Of a stretch of DNA of 64,000 nt, positions 9,844 through 21,200 are shown piece after piece (positions within the stretch are counted from its first letter, which is position 1; every line of letters begins with the position of its first letter). Under the pieces are notes generated by a model. It did not search any database and was not told the origin of the DNA. It worked only from the letters and a program-made list of their open reading frames with translations. The stretch lies in IMG/VR virus record IMGVR_UViG_3300027977_000006; one strand, written 5' to 3'. A program made the translations under genes and the position numbers. Source of the DNA: a virus. Lineage: Duplodnaviria; Heunggongvirae; Uroviricota; Caudoviricetes.

Positions 9844-10893
9844 TTAAAAATTGTTTTCTCTGTCTATTAGTTTTTTAAATGGTTCTAAAAAGGTAGCGTA
9901 CCTAGTCTCACCTAATGCTTTGTCTAACCCATCTCTTTTCATCATGATAAAAACATTTTTGAGGTCTCTACCCGATGAGTCAAGGGTTCCGTCTATCAAA
10001 TGTTTTAATTCTATTACACCGTTTTCAGTTAACATTGGTCTTGACAAGTTTACCAGCCTATCATTAATCTCATAAATCTTGTCTTTTTGAACACCATCTG
10101 TAACCTTGTTTATGATATTATCTAGGATTGTAAGAGGTTTCTGTTTGTTGGTTACTCTATCACTTTGTAACCTTTTTGCTTCTTGGATTACGTCATCTAC
10201 ACTTAGTTTACGTTGTTTTAAATCTGGAAATAAAGAAAGTAATTTTGTCTCGCCTAAACCTTTGATGCCTTTTATGCTATCACTAACATCTCCAATCATG
10301 GTTTTTATAAGAACAGAATTATCTTTGTGATGGCAAAAGTACGAAGAATAATTGGTTAAACCAACGTATTCTTTTAAATCTATAAAATAAATTCTTATTT
10401 CTTCAGATATTAACTGCAAAAAGTCTCTATCTGTCGACACAATTGTAATTTGTTCGTTTTCCTTTTTATTTAAACAATAGTACGCTATGAAGTCATCACT
10501 TTCAATAACTTCATGTTTTAACTGTCTAACATACATTTCGTTTAAATAGTCCCAAACCATCTTTCTCTGTTTTAGTTCAGATAGTTCTATTGGTTGGGTG
10601 CCGTTTATATAATCTTTACCACGGCCACTTTTGTATGGTTCGTATATTTCGTATCTTAGCTTTCCGCTATAGTTTCCATCCCAGAAAACATAAACCTTAT
10701 GGTAAAGGTCATCTGTTAAGATTTTTCGTAAAATAGTGAGGAATGAATACAAACCACCAATGTGTTCACCACTACTGTTGTATTCTCCTTTGGCACCGAA
10801 ATACCCTACTTTAAATAGGGCATTTCCGTCTACCAAAAGTGTATTTTGTTTCTTTATTATTTTTTCACCATTACGTGGTGGTCTTTTATTCAC
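9844..10893 (-). CDS. 5'-3' exonuclease / T4 RNase H-like flap nuclease
   Basis: LLVDGN, VFWDG, YKSGR, ESDDFIA, STDRDFLQL, GDVSDSIKGIKGLG. Confidence 0.92.
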   Translation of the reverse strand: MNKRPPRNGEKIIKKQNTLLVDGNALFKVGYFGAKGEYNSSGEHIGGLYSFLTILRKILTDDLYHKVYVFWDGNYSGKLRYEIYEPYKSGRGKDYINGTQPIELSELKQRKMVWDYLNEMYVRQLKHEVIESDDFIAYYCLNKKENEQITIVSTDRDFLQLISEEIRIYFIDLKEYVGLTNYSSYFCHHKDNSVLIKTMIGDVSDSIKGIKGLGETKLLSLFPDLKQRKLSVDDVIQEAKRLQSDRVTNKQKPLTILDNIINKVTDGVQKDKIYEINDRLVNLSRPMLTENGVIELKHLIDGTLDSSGRDLKNVFIMMKRDGLDKALGETRYATFLEPFKKLIDRENNF

Positions 10894-10923
10894 AAACTCA
10901 TTATTAATAGGTTAAACAATAAA

Positions 10924-12021
10924 TTAAGCCATCATGTCTTCTTTGCTTAATCCGATTTCTTCTTTTTCAATCACAAAATCATCATACTCTGTGTTCAAAT
11001 GAGCTTTTATGAACTCTTTGTGTTCTTCTTTGTAGTCATTGATTTTATCTGGGTTCCAATAACCATGTGGTGTTGATGCAATCTTACCTTTTTGTTCAAT
11101 ACCGTTAACTTGATTCTTTTCACATCTGATTCTTGTTTCAACACCGAACTGAAACTCTTCACCAGCAAATATAGCTTTTAATTTTTCAGTACTATGTGTA
11201 AGAATACCACCAAAATGGAAGATAAGTCTTGGGGAATAAAAGAACGCTTCACCACCCTTATGTTTGATAACTTTGTTTTCATTATCTAACCATATTTGCT
11301 GAACTACAGCAAATGTAGCAGTATAAGGCGCATCTTCTCTTCTAGAAGCTGGAATTCTATAATTAATTAGTGATTTAAAGCATGTGGCCAAAGCACCAGC
11401 AGTCCATTGATTGTTGGTAGTTTTTGATGTTGCTCCTTTGAAACAGTTTATTGAACCAACTGAATCCCAGAAGAAAGCAACATCTCTTGGTAATCTTCCT
11501 TCTTGTTGTGCATCCAATATTGTATGCATGTGGTATGATATGTCCTCAACAACTGGTTCATATCTTAAAGGTTTTGTACCCATTTTGCTATGTTGATGGT
11601 CATAACAAACGTACATTTTTAAAAGGTCTGGACCTTGTAAGAAAATGAAATCACCACGATAATTTAATTCTCCAGTTTCTTCATCAACATATTCTTCAAA
11701 TTGAACTCCAATATTTTTTGCATGTGCCCAATTCCAGTTTCCTTCAGTTTCATAAATAATCGGTAGGATTCCCAATTTTTGACATCCAGCCACACCTTCA
11801 TAAATCGCAGTTGATTTACCAGTGTTTGAGTATCCTCTAAAACTAGTAAAATATCCAACTGGAATCCCTGGAACTTTAACCGCATCATGGAACGCTTCTG
11901 AAAGCGGTATCCATGCTAATTCTTTTTCTTTTACTGTAAAATTGAGCCCTTGTGTTTTCTTAAAATCTTCTAAGTTAAAATCTTTTTTCTCAATAGGTTT
12001 TTTAGTAGGTTTCTTCGCCAT
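10924..12021 (-). CDS. RecA/UvsX-like recombinase
   Basis: GIP.G..T.F.G.SNTGKST Walker A, ETE, WDSVG Walker B, GGEAF, EKNQV. Confidence 0.8.
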   Translation of the reverse strand: MAKKPTKKPIEKKDFNLEDFKKTQGLNFTVKEKELAWIPLSEAFHDAVKVPGIPVGYFTSFRGYSNTGKSTAIYEGVAGCQKLGILPIIYETEGNWNWAHAKNIGVQFEEYVDEETGELNYRGDFIFLQGPDLLKMYVCYDHQHSKMGTKPLRYEPVVEDISYHMHTILDAQQEGRLPRDVAFFWDSVGSINCFKGATSKTTNNQWTAGALATCFKSLINYRIPASRREDAPYTATFAVVQQIWLDNENKVIKHKGGEAFFYSPRLIFHFGGILTHSTEKLKAIFAGEEFQFGVETRIRCEKNQVNGIEQKGKIASTPHGYWNPDKINDYKEEHKEFIKAHLNTEYDDFVIEKEEIGLSKEDMMA

Positions 12022-12110
12022 TTTAATGTTATTAATTTAAATTGTTATTCTAGAACAAAAAAAGGCGATTCCTCACCTTTCTTTGTGTGTAAAACATTAA
12101 AATTACCATT

Positions 12111-13016
12111 CTAAAATGGGAGGTCATCACCTTCCTCTTCTGCGGAAACCTCAACTGGAGCAGTCGGAGCAGTCGGAGCTGATACGATACCAGCTTTAAC
12201 ATTTTCAACACCCAATGTCAATTCAGATTCCAAAGAGTCGGTTTCGCTAGATGTTGCTGTCAAAGAAGCTTTGTCAATAAATTTCTTATCTTCAGAACTC
12301 CATACTGGAATACCACCTTTTACAATGATTTCCAAGTACTCGTAACTTCTAACAGAATAAACATCTTCCCAAGTTCTTGAATCTGACAACCAAGCTTTTG
12401 CTTCTTCAGCATTTTCTGAAAGCGGACTAGGGTCTAGGGATGCAACAGCGGATACAACTGGCACATTGGTTTGGTTTCTATTGATGGTTAACACAAGGTC
12501 ACGACCAGTTTCTGGGTGTGTAACATCCTTTTTAAGAGCGTTAAGAACACCGATGATTTTGTCATAGATACCCTCTTTACGATAGTCGTGGTTAAATCTC
12601 CAGAATTTAACACCTTCTTCTGGGCGTTCTCTGTCAATAACTTTAACAACGTACATCATCTTTGCACTGTATTTTTTAGCAAGTTCTTTATCAGACTCTC
12701 TGCCAGTAGATAACAATGCTTCACGTGCTTCGCAGAAAGGACATGCTTCATCTTTTTCGTGTTTCAAGCAAGGGAATGTTTTCCACTCACCATCAACTTG
12801 AATTTTATGGCCATGCATCTCAACGAATGGTGTACCACCGTTTGTACTAGGTAAAATTCTGATTTGTTTTGTAGCTGACTTCACACCATCTTTAATGTAG
12901 GTGTTAAAGTAGTTTTTTAAGTCGTAAACCTTTTCTGATTTTTTCTCATACTTTGGTTTGTTGTTTGCTTCGTACTGTTCTAAAATAGCTTGCAAACTGG
13001 TTTTTTCATTACTCAT
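12111..13016 (-). CDS. Single-stranded DNA-binding protein, gp32-like
   Basis: IRILP, H..., C......CPFCE, V.VID, G.D..L, acidic tail ending DDLPF. Confidence 0.82.
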   Translation of the reverse strand: MSNEKTSLQAILEQYEANNKPKYEKKSEKVYDLKNYFNTYIKDGVKSATKQIRILPSTNGGTPFVEMHGHKIQVDGEWKTFPCLKHEKDEACPFCEAREALLSTGRESDKELAKKYSAKMMYVVKVIDRERPEEGVKFWRFNHDYRKEGIYDKIIGVLNALKKDVTHPETGRDLVLTINRNQTNVPVVSAVASLDPSPLSENAEEAKAWLSDSRTWEDVYSVRSYEYLEIIVKGGIPVWSSEDKKFIDKASLTATSSETDSLESELTLGVENVKAGIVSAPTAPTAPVEVSAEEEGDDLPF

Positions 13017-13070
13017 TTTTCTCTGTTTTTAAATTTATGTAGATGTTATTTTTACTTAGTTTATGTGTTA

Positions 13071-13174
13071 CAAATATACTAAAAATATGACAAAAGTCAA
13101 GCAGAATATTGATTTATTTTAAGCCTATTTTAACTATAGAATGCAAATATACTACACATTTTTCAATGTTGCAA
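13071..13174 (-). promoter_or_regulatory. Two tandem host-type (Bacteroidota-like) promoters for the ssb-uvsX-dnaB-nrd operon
   Basis: TTGACT-N16-TATATTTG (13100-13071) and TTGCAA-N17-TATATTTG (13174-13144). Confidence 0.75.
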
Positions 13175-13193
13175 GTACGGAACAATTCTAAAT

Positions 13194-13221
13194 AAAAAAA
13201 GCCCCAAAAAGGGGCTTTTTT
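13194..13221 (-). terminator. Intrinsic terminator
   Basis: AAAAAGCCCC-AAAAA-GGGGCTTTTT. Confidence 0.85.
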
Positions 13222-13223
13222 AT

Positions 13224-14000
13224 CTAGATATCTTCTTCTTCATATTCTGGAATATCACCCTCGTCATAAGGGTTTTCTGGTGTTGAAAATGATTGTTTAA
13301 TAGATGAATCACTGTAAGTTGAATCAACGTCATCTTTTGTTAAAATGTATTCTTTTGGTTTACCACCTGTACCCATAACATCATACATTCCCTCTTTATC
13401 AGCCCAATAATCACTTAATTTTTGATTGAAAGGATATGAGTGAAGTGACCTCATCTCCAATTTTTCAACTGGTGTTGGGTTTCTCTTTATGAGTTCTTGC
13501 TCTAATCCTTCTATTTTATTTGTGATGTCTGTCATGTTAGCAACACGTGATTCCAAATCAGCCAATTTTTGTAGCAACACTTCTGTGTTTTTTGTAGCGG
13601 CATCAGCAGCTTTTTTAGCTTCTTCAGAACCTTTTACAATAGAGGTGACATCAACTTCAACCTCGTCACCAGATGGTTCATCCGCAGGCGCTTCTTCGTC
13701 ATCCGCAGGTAATTCTTCGTCATCGGCTGGTTCTTCATCTGGTAAATCAGTAACTTCTTCTTCACCAGCTGGAGCCTCAACGCCTAAATCAGCTGCAACA
13801 CTATCAGCAGCCGCTCCAATGTTATCTTCTGACTCCAAATCGTCTGGGGCTTCTTCAGCCTCATCCATGGTGTCACCTAAAATAAGGTTTTTAAACTCAG
13901 GAATTTCTTTTTTCTCTTGGTAGAAATCATATTCTAACAAAAGTTTAAATCTATTTTGTTCTTCCTTAAGCAAGCTAGGATTGAATTTAGTCTTTTTCAT
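13224..14000 (-). CDS. Acidic hypothetical protein, possibly internal head or scaffold-like
   Basis: D/E/P-rich centre, coiled coil, N-terminal LLKEEQNRFKLL motif. Confidence 0.7.
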   Translation of the reverse strand: MKKTKFNPSLLKEEQNRFKLLLEYDFYQEKKEIPEFKNLILGDTMDEAEEAPDDLESEDNIGAAADSVAADLGVEAPAGEEEVTDLPDEEPADDEELPADDEEAPADEPSGDEVEVDVTSIVKGSEEAKKAADAATKNTEVLLQKLADLESRVANMTDITNKIEGLEQELIKRNPTPVEKLEMRSLHSYPFNQKLSDYWADKEGMYDVMGTGGKPKEYILTKDDVDSTYSDSSIKQSFSTPENPYDEGDIPEYEEEDI

Positions 14001-14197
14001 TAGAATAATAATTGTCTTCCGTCTTCTGTTATTATCTTCTTGTTGATTCTTTCAACAATGCTTTTGTCGCCTTTTATTACGCAAACACCAGAACTACAAT
14101 CCATATTTGGATTTTCACTGTTTTCCAACATTGAATTCAATGCTTTCATAAGGTCTTCAGTTTTTTTGTTTGTTTCTTTTTTATTCGTATTTTCCAT
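14000..14197 (-). CDS. Small hypothetical protein
   Basis: 65 aa, stop overlaps the next start, preceded by TATTTATA. Confidence 0.7.
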   Translation of the reverse strand: MENTNKKETNKKTEDLMKALNSMLENSENPNMDCSSGVCVIKGDKSIVERINKKIITEDGRQLLF

Positions 14198-14247
14198 AAC
14201 TTTAGTTTATTAAAGTTGTTATCTTTTATATAAATATCTCAAACACA

Positions 14248-14649
14248 TTAAAAAATCCTCTGAATCTTGAAAATGCCTAGCTCTTGGCCGTTTAATAAAA
14301 TAATCCTATCTTGATATTCTGACCAATCAATCTTATATGATTTATAGTCAATGTTTCCTATATCGCTACCAACTTTTAAATCAATTAGTTTATTTAAAGC
14401 GTTTATAGTATACAAAGCATTTCCTTTCTTGTGAATAGGTACGGCATTTGGGAATAAGTCTTTTAAGTTTATTTTTTTATCTTTTTCAAATTTAAACTTA
14501 AATGTCATGATGACTTTTGATTCATCATCCAAGTTTTTATAACAAAAAACTTTGTCTTTGGTTATTGAAAATTTAGCTTCTAGATAACTAATAAACCAAT
14601 CAACTCTCTCTGGGAATATGAATGATGCTAGAAGAATCGTTTTGTCCAT
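14248..14649 (-). CDS. Hypothetical protein
   Basis: 133-aa ORF. Confidence 0.7.
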   Translation of the reverse strand: MDKTILLASFIFPERVDWFISYLEAKFSITKDKVFCYKNLDDESKVIMTFKFKFEKDKKINLKDLFPNAVPIHKKGNALYTINALNKLIDLKVGSDIGNIDYKSYKIDWSEYQDRIILLNGQELGIFKIQRIF

Positions 14650-15235
14650 TTTTTATAGAATATAAGTACGGTGCAAATCTAATGTTTCCGTTTAGATAAT
14701 TGATGCATTTTTTATATTCTATAAGTATCTCGTTTTCTCTCAAAAATACACTACTGCTGGCTTTTACCTTATCTTTTATTTTGTCTGAATCAAAACCGAT
14801 ATATTTTAATAATTTTAAATCTACCCCAAAGATAAAATTATCAGAATACATATACAGCATTTCACCATGTTCATAGGTTATAATGTTATCCAATGACTTT
14901 ATTTTTCTAATTATTTTCATCATTGTTTTGCCCCTATATTGAATAGGGTCAACGAATACATACACAACTTTGTCTGTAAATTGTTTATAAACCTTATTTA
15001 TAAACCAAACCAAATCTTCATCGTGTTTATCTCTTTTCTCGGTTCTTTTAAAAGTCCAATAAAGATTATCAGATAATTGAACATCTGTTATGTCAAAATC
15101 TGGATAGTGCTTTGATACATAGTCATAACCAATTATAAGGGTTGGTAACCCATCTATAATAGAGTTAATTGACTTTACAACGTTAAAGTCTTCTGGAGCA
15201 TTTACCTTTGTTGTTGTGACTATATTGGCTACCAT
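14600..15235 (-). CDS. Hypothetical protein
   Basis: About 211 aa; probable ATG at 15235 (track uses 15244). Confidence 0.7.
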   Translation of the reverse strand: MVANIVTTTKVNAPEDFNVVKSINSIIDGLPTLIIGYDYVSKHYPDFDITDVQLSDNLYWTFKRTEKRDKHDEDLVWFINKVYKQFTDKVVYVFVDPIQYRGKTMMKIIRKIKSLDNIITYEHGEMLYMYSDNFIFGVDLKLLKYIGFDSDKIKDKVKASSSVFLRENEILIEYKKCINYLNGNIRFAPYLYSIKNGQNDSSSIIHIPRES

Positions 15236-15241
15236 ATCACG

Positions 15242-15272
15242 CAAAGGTACTAAAATTTATTCAATTTTGCAA
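15242..15272 (-). promoter_or_regulatory. Host-type promoter
   Basis: TTGCAA-N17-TACCTTTG. Confidence 0.7.
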
Positions 15273-15273
15273 G

Positions 15274-18200
15274 TTAACTGCATGTTTTTACTTGAACGGA
15301 TGATTGGCTTATTGCTGGTGGGTTTACAGTGCTACCAGCTAGTACATTATTAACGCCAGCTCTAGTACCCCATGTAAATAAACTTTTACTTAATGATAAT
15401 TTATATGCGCCAATGTTATTTTTTAAACCATCAACAATATCTTTGTAATAACCGTTTGTTAAAGTATCTACAGTTGCTTTTAAACCAGCATCTTTTGATG
15501 CGTAGTTTTTTACAAATGCTTTTCCTTTAGAACAAGAAAAGGCTGTTGATGATGGGCTACCTTGTGTTGTGTTGAAAGGGTTCCAAGCCGCTTTAGCGCC
15601 TTCAGCTTGTCTCCAAGCATACAAAAATTTCAAGTTTTCTGGTGTTGCTTGGGCACCCAAACTAGTTAATATTTGGGTGTAAAATTGAATATCAGCCGAT
15701 GATGGTTGAACGACTGAAATGTTTTTATTTTCCAACTTATAAGTTTCTTCGGTTCCATCTAAGTTTTTATCCACTTTTTTATAATCGCATGTTGTATAAA
15801 CCGCTTCTGTATTATTTTTATCGTTAGGGTTTCTAACAAAATCTTTATACGGTTTATTGGTGCTGACTGTAATCGTTTTAACTTTAGGTCTCTGAGATAA
15901 TATACACGCAGCACTTTTACCGTGATATTCAAAATGCCAAAATTCTTCAAGGCCAGTATCATCTCTTAAAGCTTCTGGTATTATCCAACCATATGTGTAT
16001 CCATTTTCTAATAACCAAACTATAGATTCATTTATGTTAAAATTATATCCTTGCCCAACATTTGGTTTGCTATCAACATAATTTTTTATGATAGCACCAC
16101 TTTTTGTTAAGAACTGAAAATCAACCGCAATACCCCATCCATGATTTGAAGTGCCTGGTCTAGCAACACATCTTCTACCTTCACATGTTGCTTCATCATA
16201 AAGTCTTTGTTGTTCCTCTATAGTTCTAAAACCGCTATTTATGTATGCGTAAACGCCACTGTTACCAGCAAAACCTTGACTTTTCATCCATACAACCCAA
16301 TCTGTTAACATTTGATTAAGGGCTGTTACAGCTTCTGGGATTAATTGATTTTTAGCTTTATCCCCAGCTATTGTGTTTGAAATTCCAGCTGGTGTTTGAA
16401 TAGGTAATAAACCTAAAGAATCTCGATTACCATTATTTCCACCTCTATCTATTAATGTTAATACTATTGGTGGGAACGCTTTTGAACCTAGTGGTCTAGA
16501 TGGTTCTGAAGGGTTTACATTGGCGGCATTAATGGTATCAATCAAAGACATGTATAAATCACCAGCTTCAAATATTGGTGTTACTGATTTTCTTATTCTA
16601 CTTCCAGTAAAATTAGTTGTCATATGATTTGGTTTTATGCTATGTTTTACTCTAGTAATAACATAAGCACCATGAAACATAGGTATGTTATCCAATTGGA
16701 AATACATCATCGGTTGAATCATAGCGTTGCCCATCATTTCAACCTCAACTTTATAACTTCTAACAGAATAAACATTATAGATGTTTTGACCAGCTAAAGT
16801 TCTGTATGTTTCAGCACCTTTTTTAGATATATCCTCCATTATTTGTAATGATTCAGCTGTTTCGGCAAACTCACTTTGGTCTAAAACTATATCTTTGAAT
16901 ATGTTTTGGTTTTGCTGGCCAAATCTAACTTTGAAAAATACTGTTGGGTCTTCATAGTCATTGCTTGTTCTGGTTAAATCTGGTGGTATATCACCATCCC
17001 TAACGTCAAAGCCATCATTTGGGTAATTTGAACCCTTAAAGTCTAAATGTTTAGAACTTTGTCCAACGTACATACAAATAAATGATGGTCCAGAAACGCT
17101 TTCTGAATCTGAATATGTTGGGAATGGTTTAAAAACACTTTGTACTGTTTCTGGATTTCTATAGTTTATAAAAGATGGGAGGGCAATAAAGTCAAAATTA
17201 TTTGATGATAAGATAGACGTAACCATATCATATAAACTAGTATTTGGTTGCGTCTTCATAATATCATGTATTGGGAATGGGTTAACAGCAAATCTATCTC
17301 CAATATCTTCAAAAGACCTGCTTATAAACCTAAAGCTATCTATTAACCTAAGTTTTGGTTCGTTAGAACCTGTTCTTTTTTTAGCCAACGATAAATCAGA
17401 GTCATTCCTACCACCACATTGAAAAAATATGCTGTCACCATCTTCAGATTCTGTTATCCATTTATCATACATGTTTTTACATGTTCTGTATAACATAAAT
17501 TTTATAAGGTTATCATCTGAAGTTCCAAATATGCTATTCTTAATTTCTTTTTTTTGTTGCTCTTCTGTTATTGGTTCCATACCTTTAAAATTTTCTAAAA
17601 AGGTATTAATATATAATTCAGTATTTTCTTTTGAAATTGTGATATAACTTGCAGTACTAGTATTTACTGGTAATTTTTGTTTGTCCCATATTCTATATGA
17701 CATATTAGAAATGACAACTTCTTTCTGTAAAACACTAATCAATGTATTGGTAACGGGTGTGTCATCTTTTATCTCCAAGAAATAATTGTTTTCATATTCA
17801 CTATCTATGTATGGATTAAAAATAATATAATTATCAAAATTTTTACCATAACGGTTTTTTACGCTTAATGTTTCCAAAGAATCATTAGTTATTGAACCTT
17901 TTGTTGTTTGATAAGCTGTGGACCAACTACCTTGTGGTGTTAATTCTAATTCAGACTTAATTGCATTCCAATCATCACTTTTTGCGAAATCCAAAAATGA
18001 ATTTTTAAATTCTTCTTTTGCTTGTTTTGGTAGTTTTAATAAGACTTCATCAAGTTTTCTATATTTATAACCAAAACCACTAACATAATTATCATTAATA
18101 AATGACATCGGAACTATAGGAAAACTCCTTAAAGTATCCAAATTTGTTGTAAAATTTACAAATTCATTTACAGTTAAATATTCATCTTTCTTTGGATATA

Positions 18201-21200
18201 CATCTGGGTGTGATGTTGGTGAATTTGTTCCAAATGTTGGTAATAAAGAATTTGTACCATCAAAAAAAACTATCGGGTCTGATGTTTCTTCATATCTCCA
18301 AAGTAATCCACCGATAAACGCAACCCACAATTTTGGAGCGTATACAAATCCAGCCCTGTACTTAAATAAATTTAAAATCTCTGTATCTACATCATTACCT
18401 TGACTAAAAGAAGTAAAAATTGTGTTTGTTTTTACCGCATCAAAAGTAAAAGTGTTATAATTTTTTTGTATTAATCCATTCCAAGGTAGTGTATGCAAGA
18501 ATAAAAAAGCTTTAGACTCTTCTTTAGTTTGACCATAATAAAGATTACTACCAAATAAACTAATCGGTACAGATACATCGCCAATCCCAATAAATCCTTC
18601 ATCAAATATGTTAAAATGTACATAAGGATATGATATATTTTGTTCGCCTTTTTTAACATTAGACATTAAATCTATCGTTTTACCATAATCCATGTGCAAC
18701 ATCTTATCGGATTCTTTAAACATTTCAACTATGTTATTCAAGCTACTTGAAACTTTGTATTTGTCTGGTTTCACATCAAACTGAGACGATGTTGGTTGGC
18801 TTTGGTTAGCTTGATTGGATGCTGACCTAAACTTACCTAAACCATTGGCAAAAACAGATTTATCAACAGCGTTTGAATAAAATAGCGTACTAAGTGGTAA
18901 TCCATCCAGTGCTTCATCACCCCAATTTAATTGGCTAAATTCTTGTATACCGTATAAACCACCAAAGCAATTAAAACCGACACTATTGATGTTATCTTCA
19001 ATATCTTTTAATTTTTCTAAATCTATTATTGATTCTGTATTTATACCAGTAGGTAGTGAATAATTGGCCGCACCATTAACGTATGAATCTTTGTCAACGA
19101 TTCTAAGATATATTGCACCATCATCATCTGGGTTTGTTGGATTTGTTGGGTCTTCATAAAAATAACGATTTCCCAAAAATAAGCTACCACTCTCTTGTTT
19201 TTCTTTTAATTGTGTAAATCTAGTTGGCCATACAACTTCATTAAAACTATCATTTATTGGAAAATATTTATTTATGTTTTTTTCAGGTAATATATATCTA
19301 TAATCATAAACCCCATTTTCTTCTACAAGTACAAATGAATCATTACCATTAATTTTTCCTTTTGTTGCTTTTATAACACCAGTAGCACCTGATAACTGAG
19401 ACAATGACTGAACGACTGTTGCTTTATTTGGTGAATCGTTCATAACAGCTTGAGCTTCAAAATTTGCCATCGCTATTATTTCATCTGATGTTAATGTAGT
19501 TTCCTTGTTTGTAATCCCCAAAAATGTTGCAGCTCTTATTAACACCAAAACTAAAAGCTCGTCTTTTGTTTTAGGATTAATTCTGCTATATGGTGCCAAT
19601 TCGTTTTCGAAAACTCTTGTATCTAAAGGATTTGACGGAACCCAATTTGATTTTAAGGATTCAGCCAACCTGTCCATGTCATTTTGTGTTTGAGCTTGTT
19701 CGATAAAAGCTTTTAATAAATCTTTTATAAAAAAAAGTTCTGGTACGTTATCTGGATTGTCTAAAACGCCTGGTTCTCCTAAATAAGCATCTTCTAATGT
19801 TTTATCGGTTTCTTTTCTATAATCTGGCCATGGATAATACTTTGGTATAAGATTATTTTGACCATTATTAGTTGTCGCATCAGTATCTATATCACTATTT
19901 CCTTTATTTTTAAAAACTTTTTCTAATTCATTTCGTCTAACGTCATCTGTGTCAGATGATGCATTTCTTGAAACCTCATAAATACAATACATGAAAACTT
20001 CAGCAGCTGTTGTAAGTATTTTTACAATATTTCTTATTGATGGGTCAAAGTCTAATTCTGATTTAACTTGCAAACTTAACCCTTCAGCCAAATTCTTTTT
20101 AGTTGCGTCAATGTCTGAATTTATTTTGGTTAACTTGTCTTCTAGTTGTTTAAAAAGATTTGTATTATCAACAACATTAAATTCATAATCATCTTGCAAA
20201 ACATAATTATTGTTGGTTATGTAAGTTAATAAATCTTTTCTAGTTTGTTCCGCATTTGTTGAGCTGACCAATTTTTTCTTAGCTTCAGCATAATCATTTG
20301 TTGGGTCTTTTAAAATTTTTAATGTTAATTTATCGTATTTTTTTATATTGATAAATTCATTTTTATCTAAAGTTATATTATTAATTTCATTAAAAGAATC
20401 GATTAGTTTTCCAACTGATTCTCTGTAAGTTGTTGCAGCTTTTTCATAATCTTTGTTTGTTGAATTTACAATCGCAAAAGAATATGTGGCTGATTGTTTG
20501 TTTATATCAATTATTTCACTAAAATTTTGTATTGTTCCTCTTATATCAGTGATAGTGCCTATCTTACCTTCCGCTAATTTAAGTTGGCTGTATTCTTCAC
20601 TGTTAGAAAGAATTCTCCCAACTTCTTCATTTATTTTTGAAATTTTATCATATAGTTCATCTAATGTTAATAAATTAGGGTCTTCTTCTTTTAACTTACG
20701 GTACTTACTCTCACCAATTATTGTGTATGGTATAGCTTTTAAATAACCAATTAACATATCTGACAACATTGCATAAGTATAACCAACAAAACTAGCTGTT
20801 ATTTCAAAATTACCAGTTTGTGAATTAAATCTAGATGTAAATTTTGTCATGTGCAGACAATATTCAACTGGCTGACCATAATAACCTTTTATTTTTAACT
20901 TATATAGTGGGTATGGGAGTTGAAAAAAGACTGAATAATCATTTTCATTGTTAGCTGTTTTTTCTTCATTTTGAAAAATAGCACTGCCTCTAATATCAAT
21001 AAATTGAATTGTTATCATTGGCGCAAATGAAGAATTAAAATCTATATCTATTGATGTTATGCCTAAATTTTCTTTAGAATTTTCATCACCAAAACTAGTT
21101 GTTAGCTCAGTAAACTTGGTCGTCAAAAAACGTTTATCACCAAAAGACTCGCCTTCTATAAAATTTATTTTAACCCTTTTATCATTTAGTGCAACATTAC

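Noticed and set aside
12158-12180. 9-bp tandem repeat in ssb
   Set aside because: Encodes an APTAPTAP linker; ordinary slippage in a disordered tail
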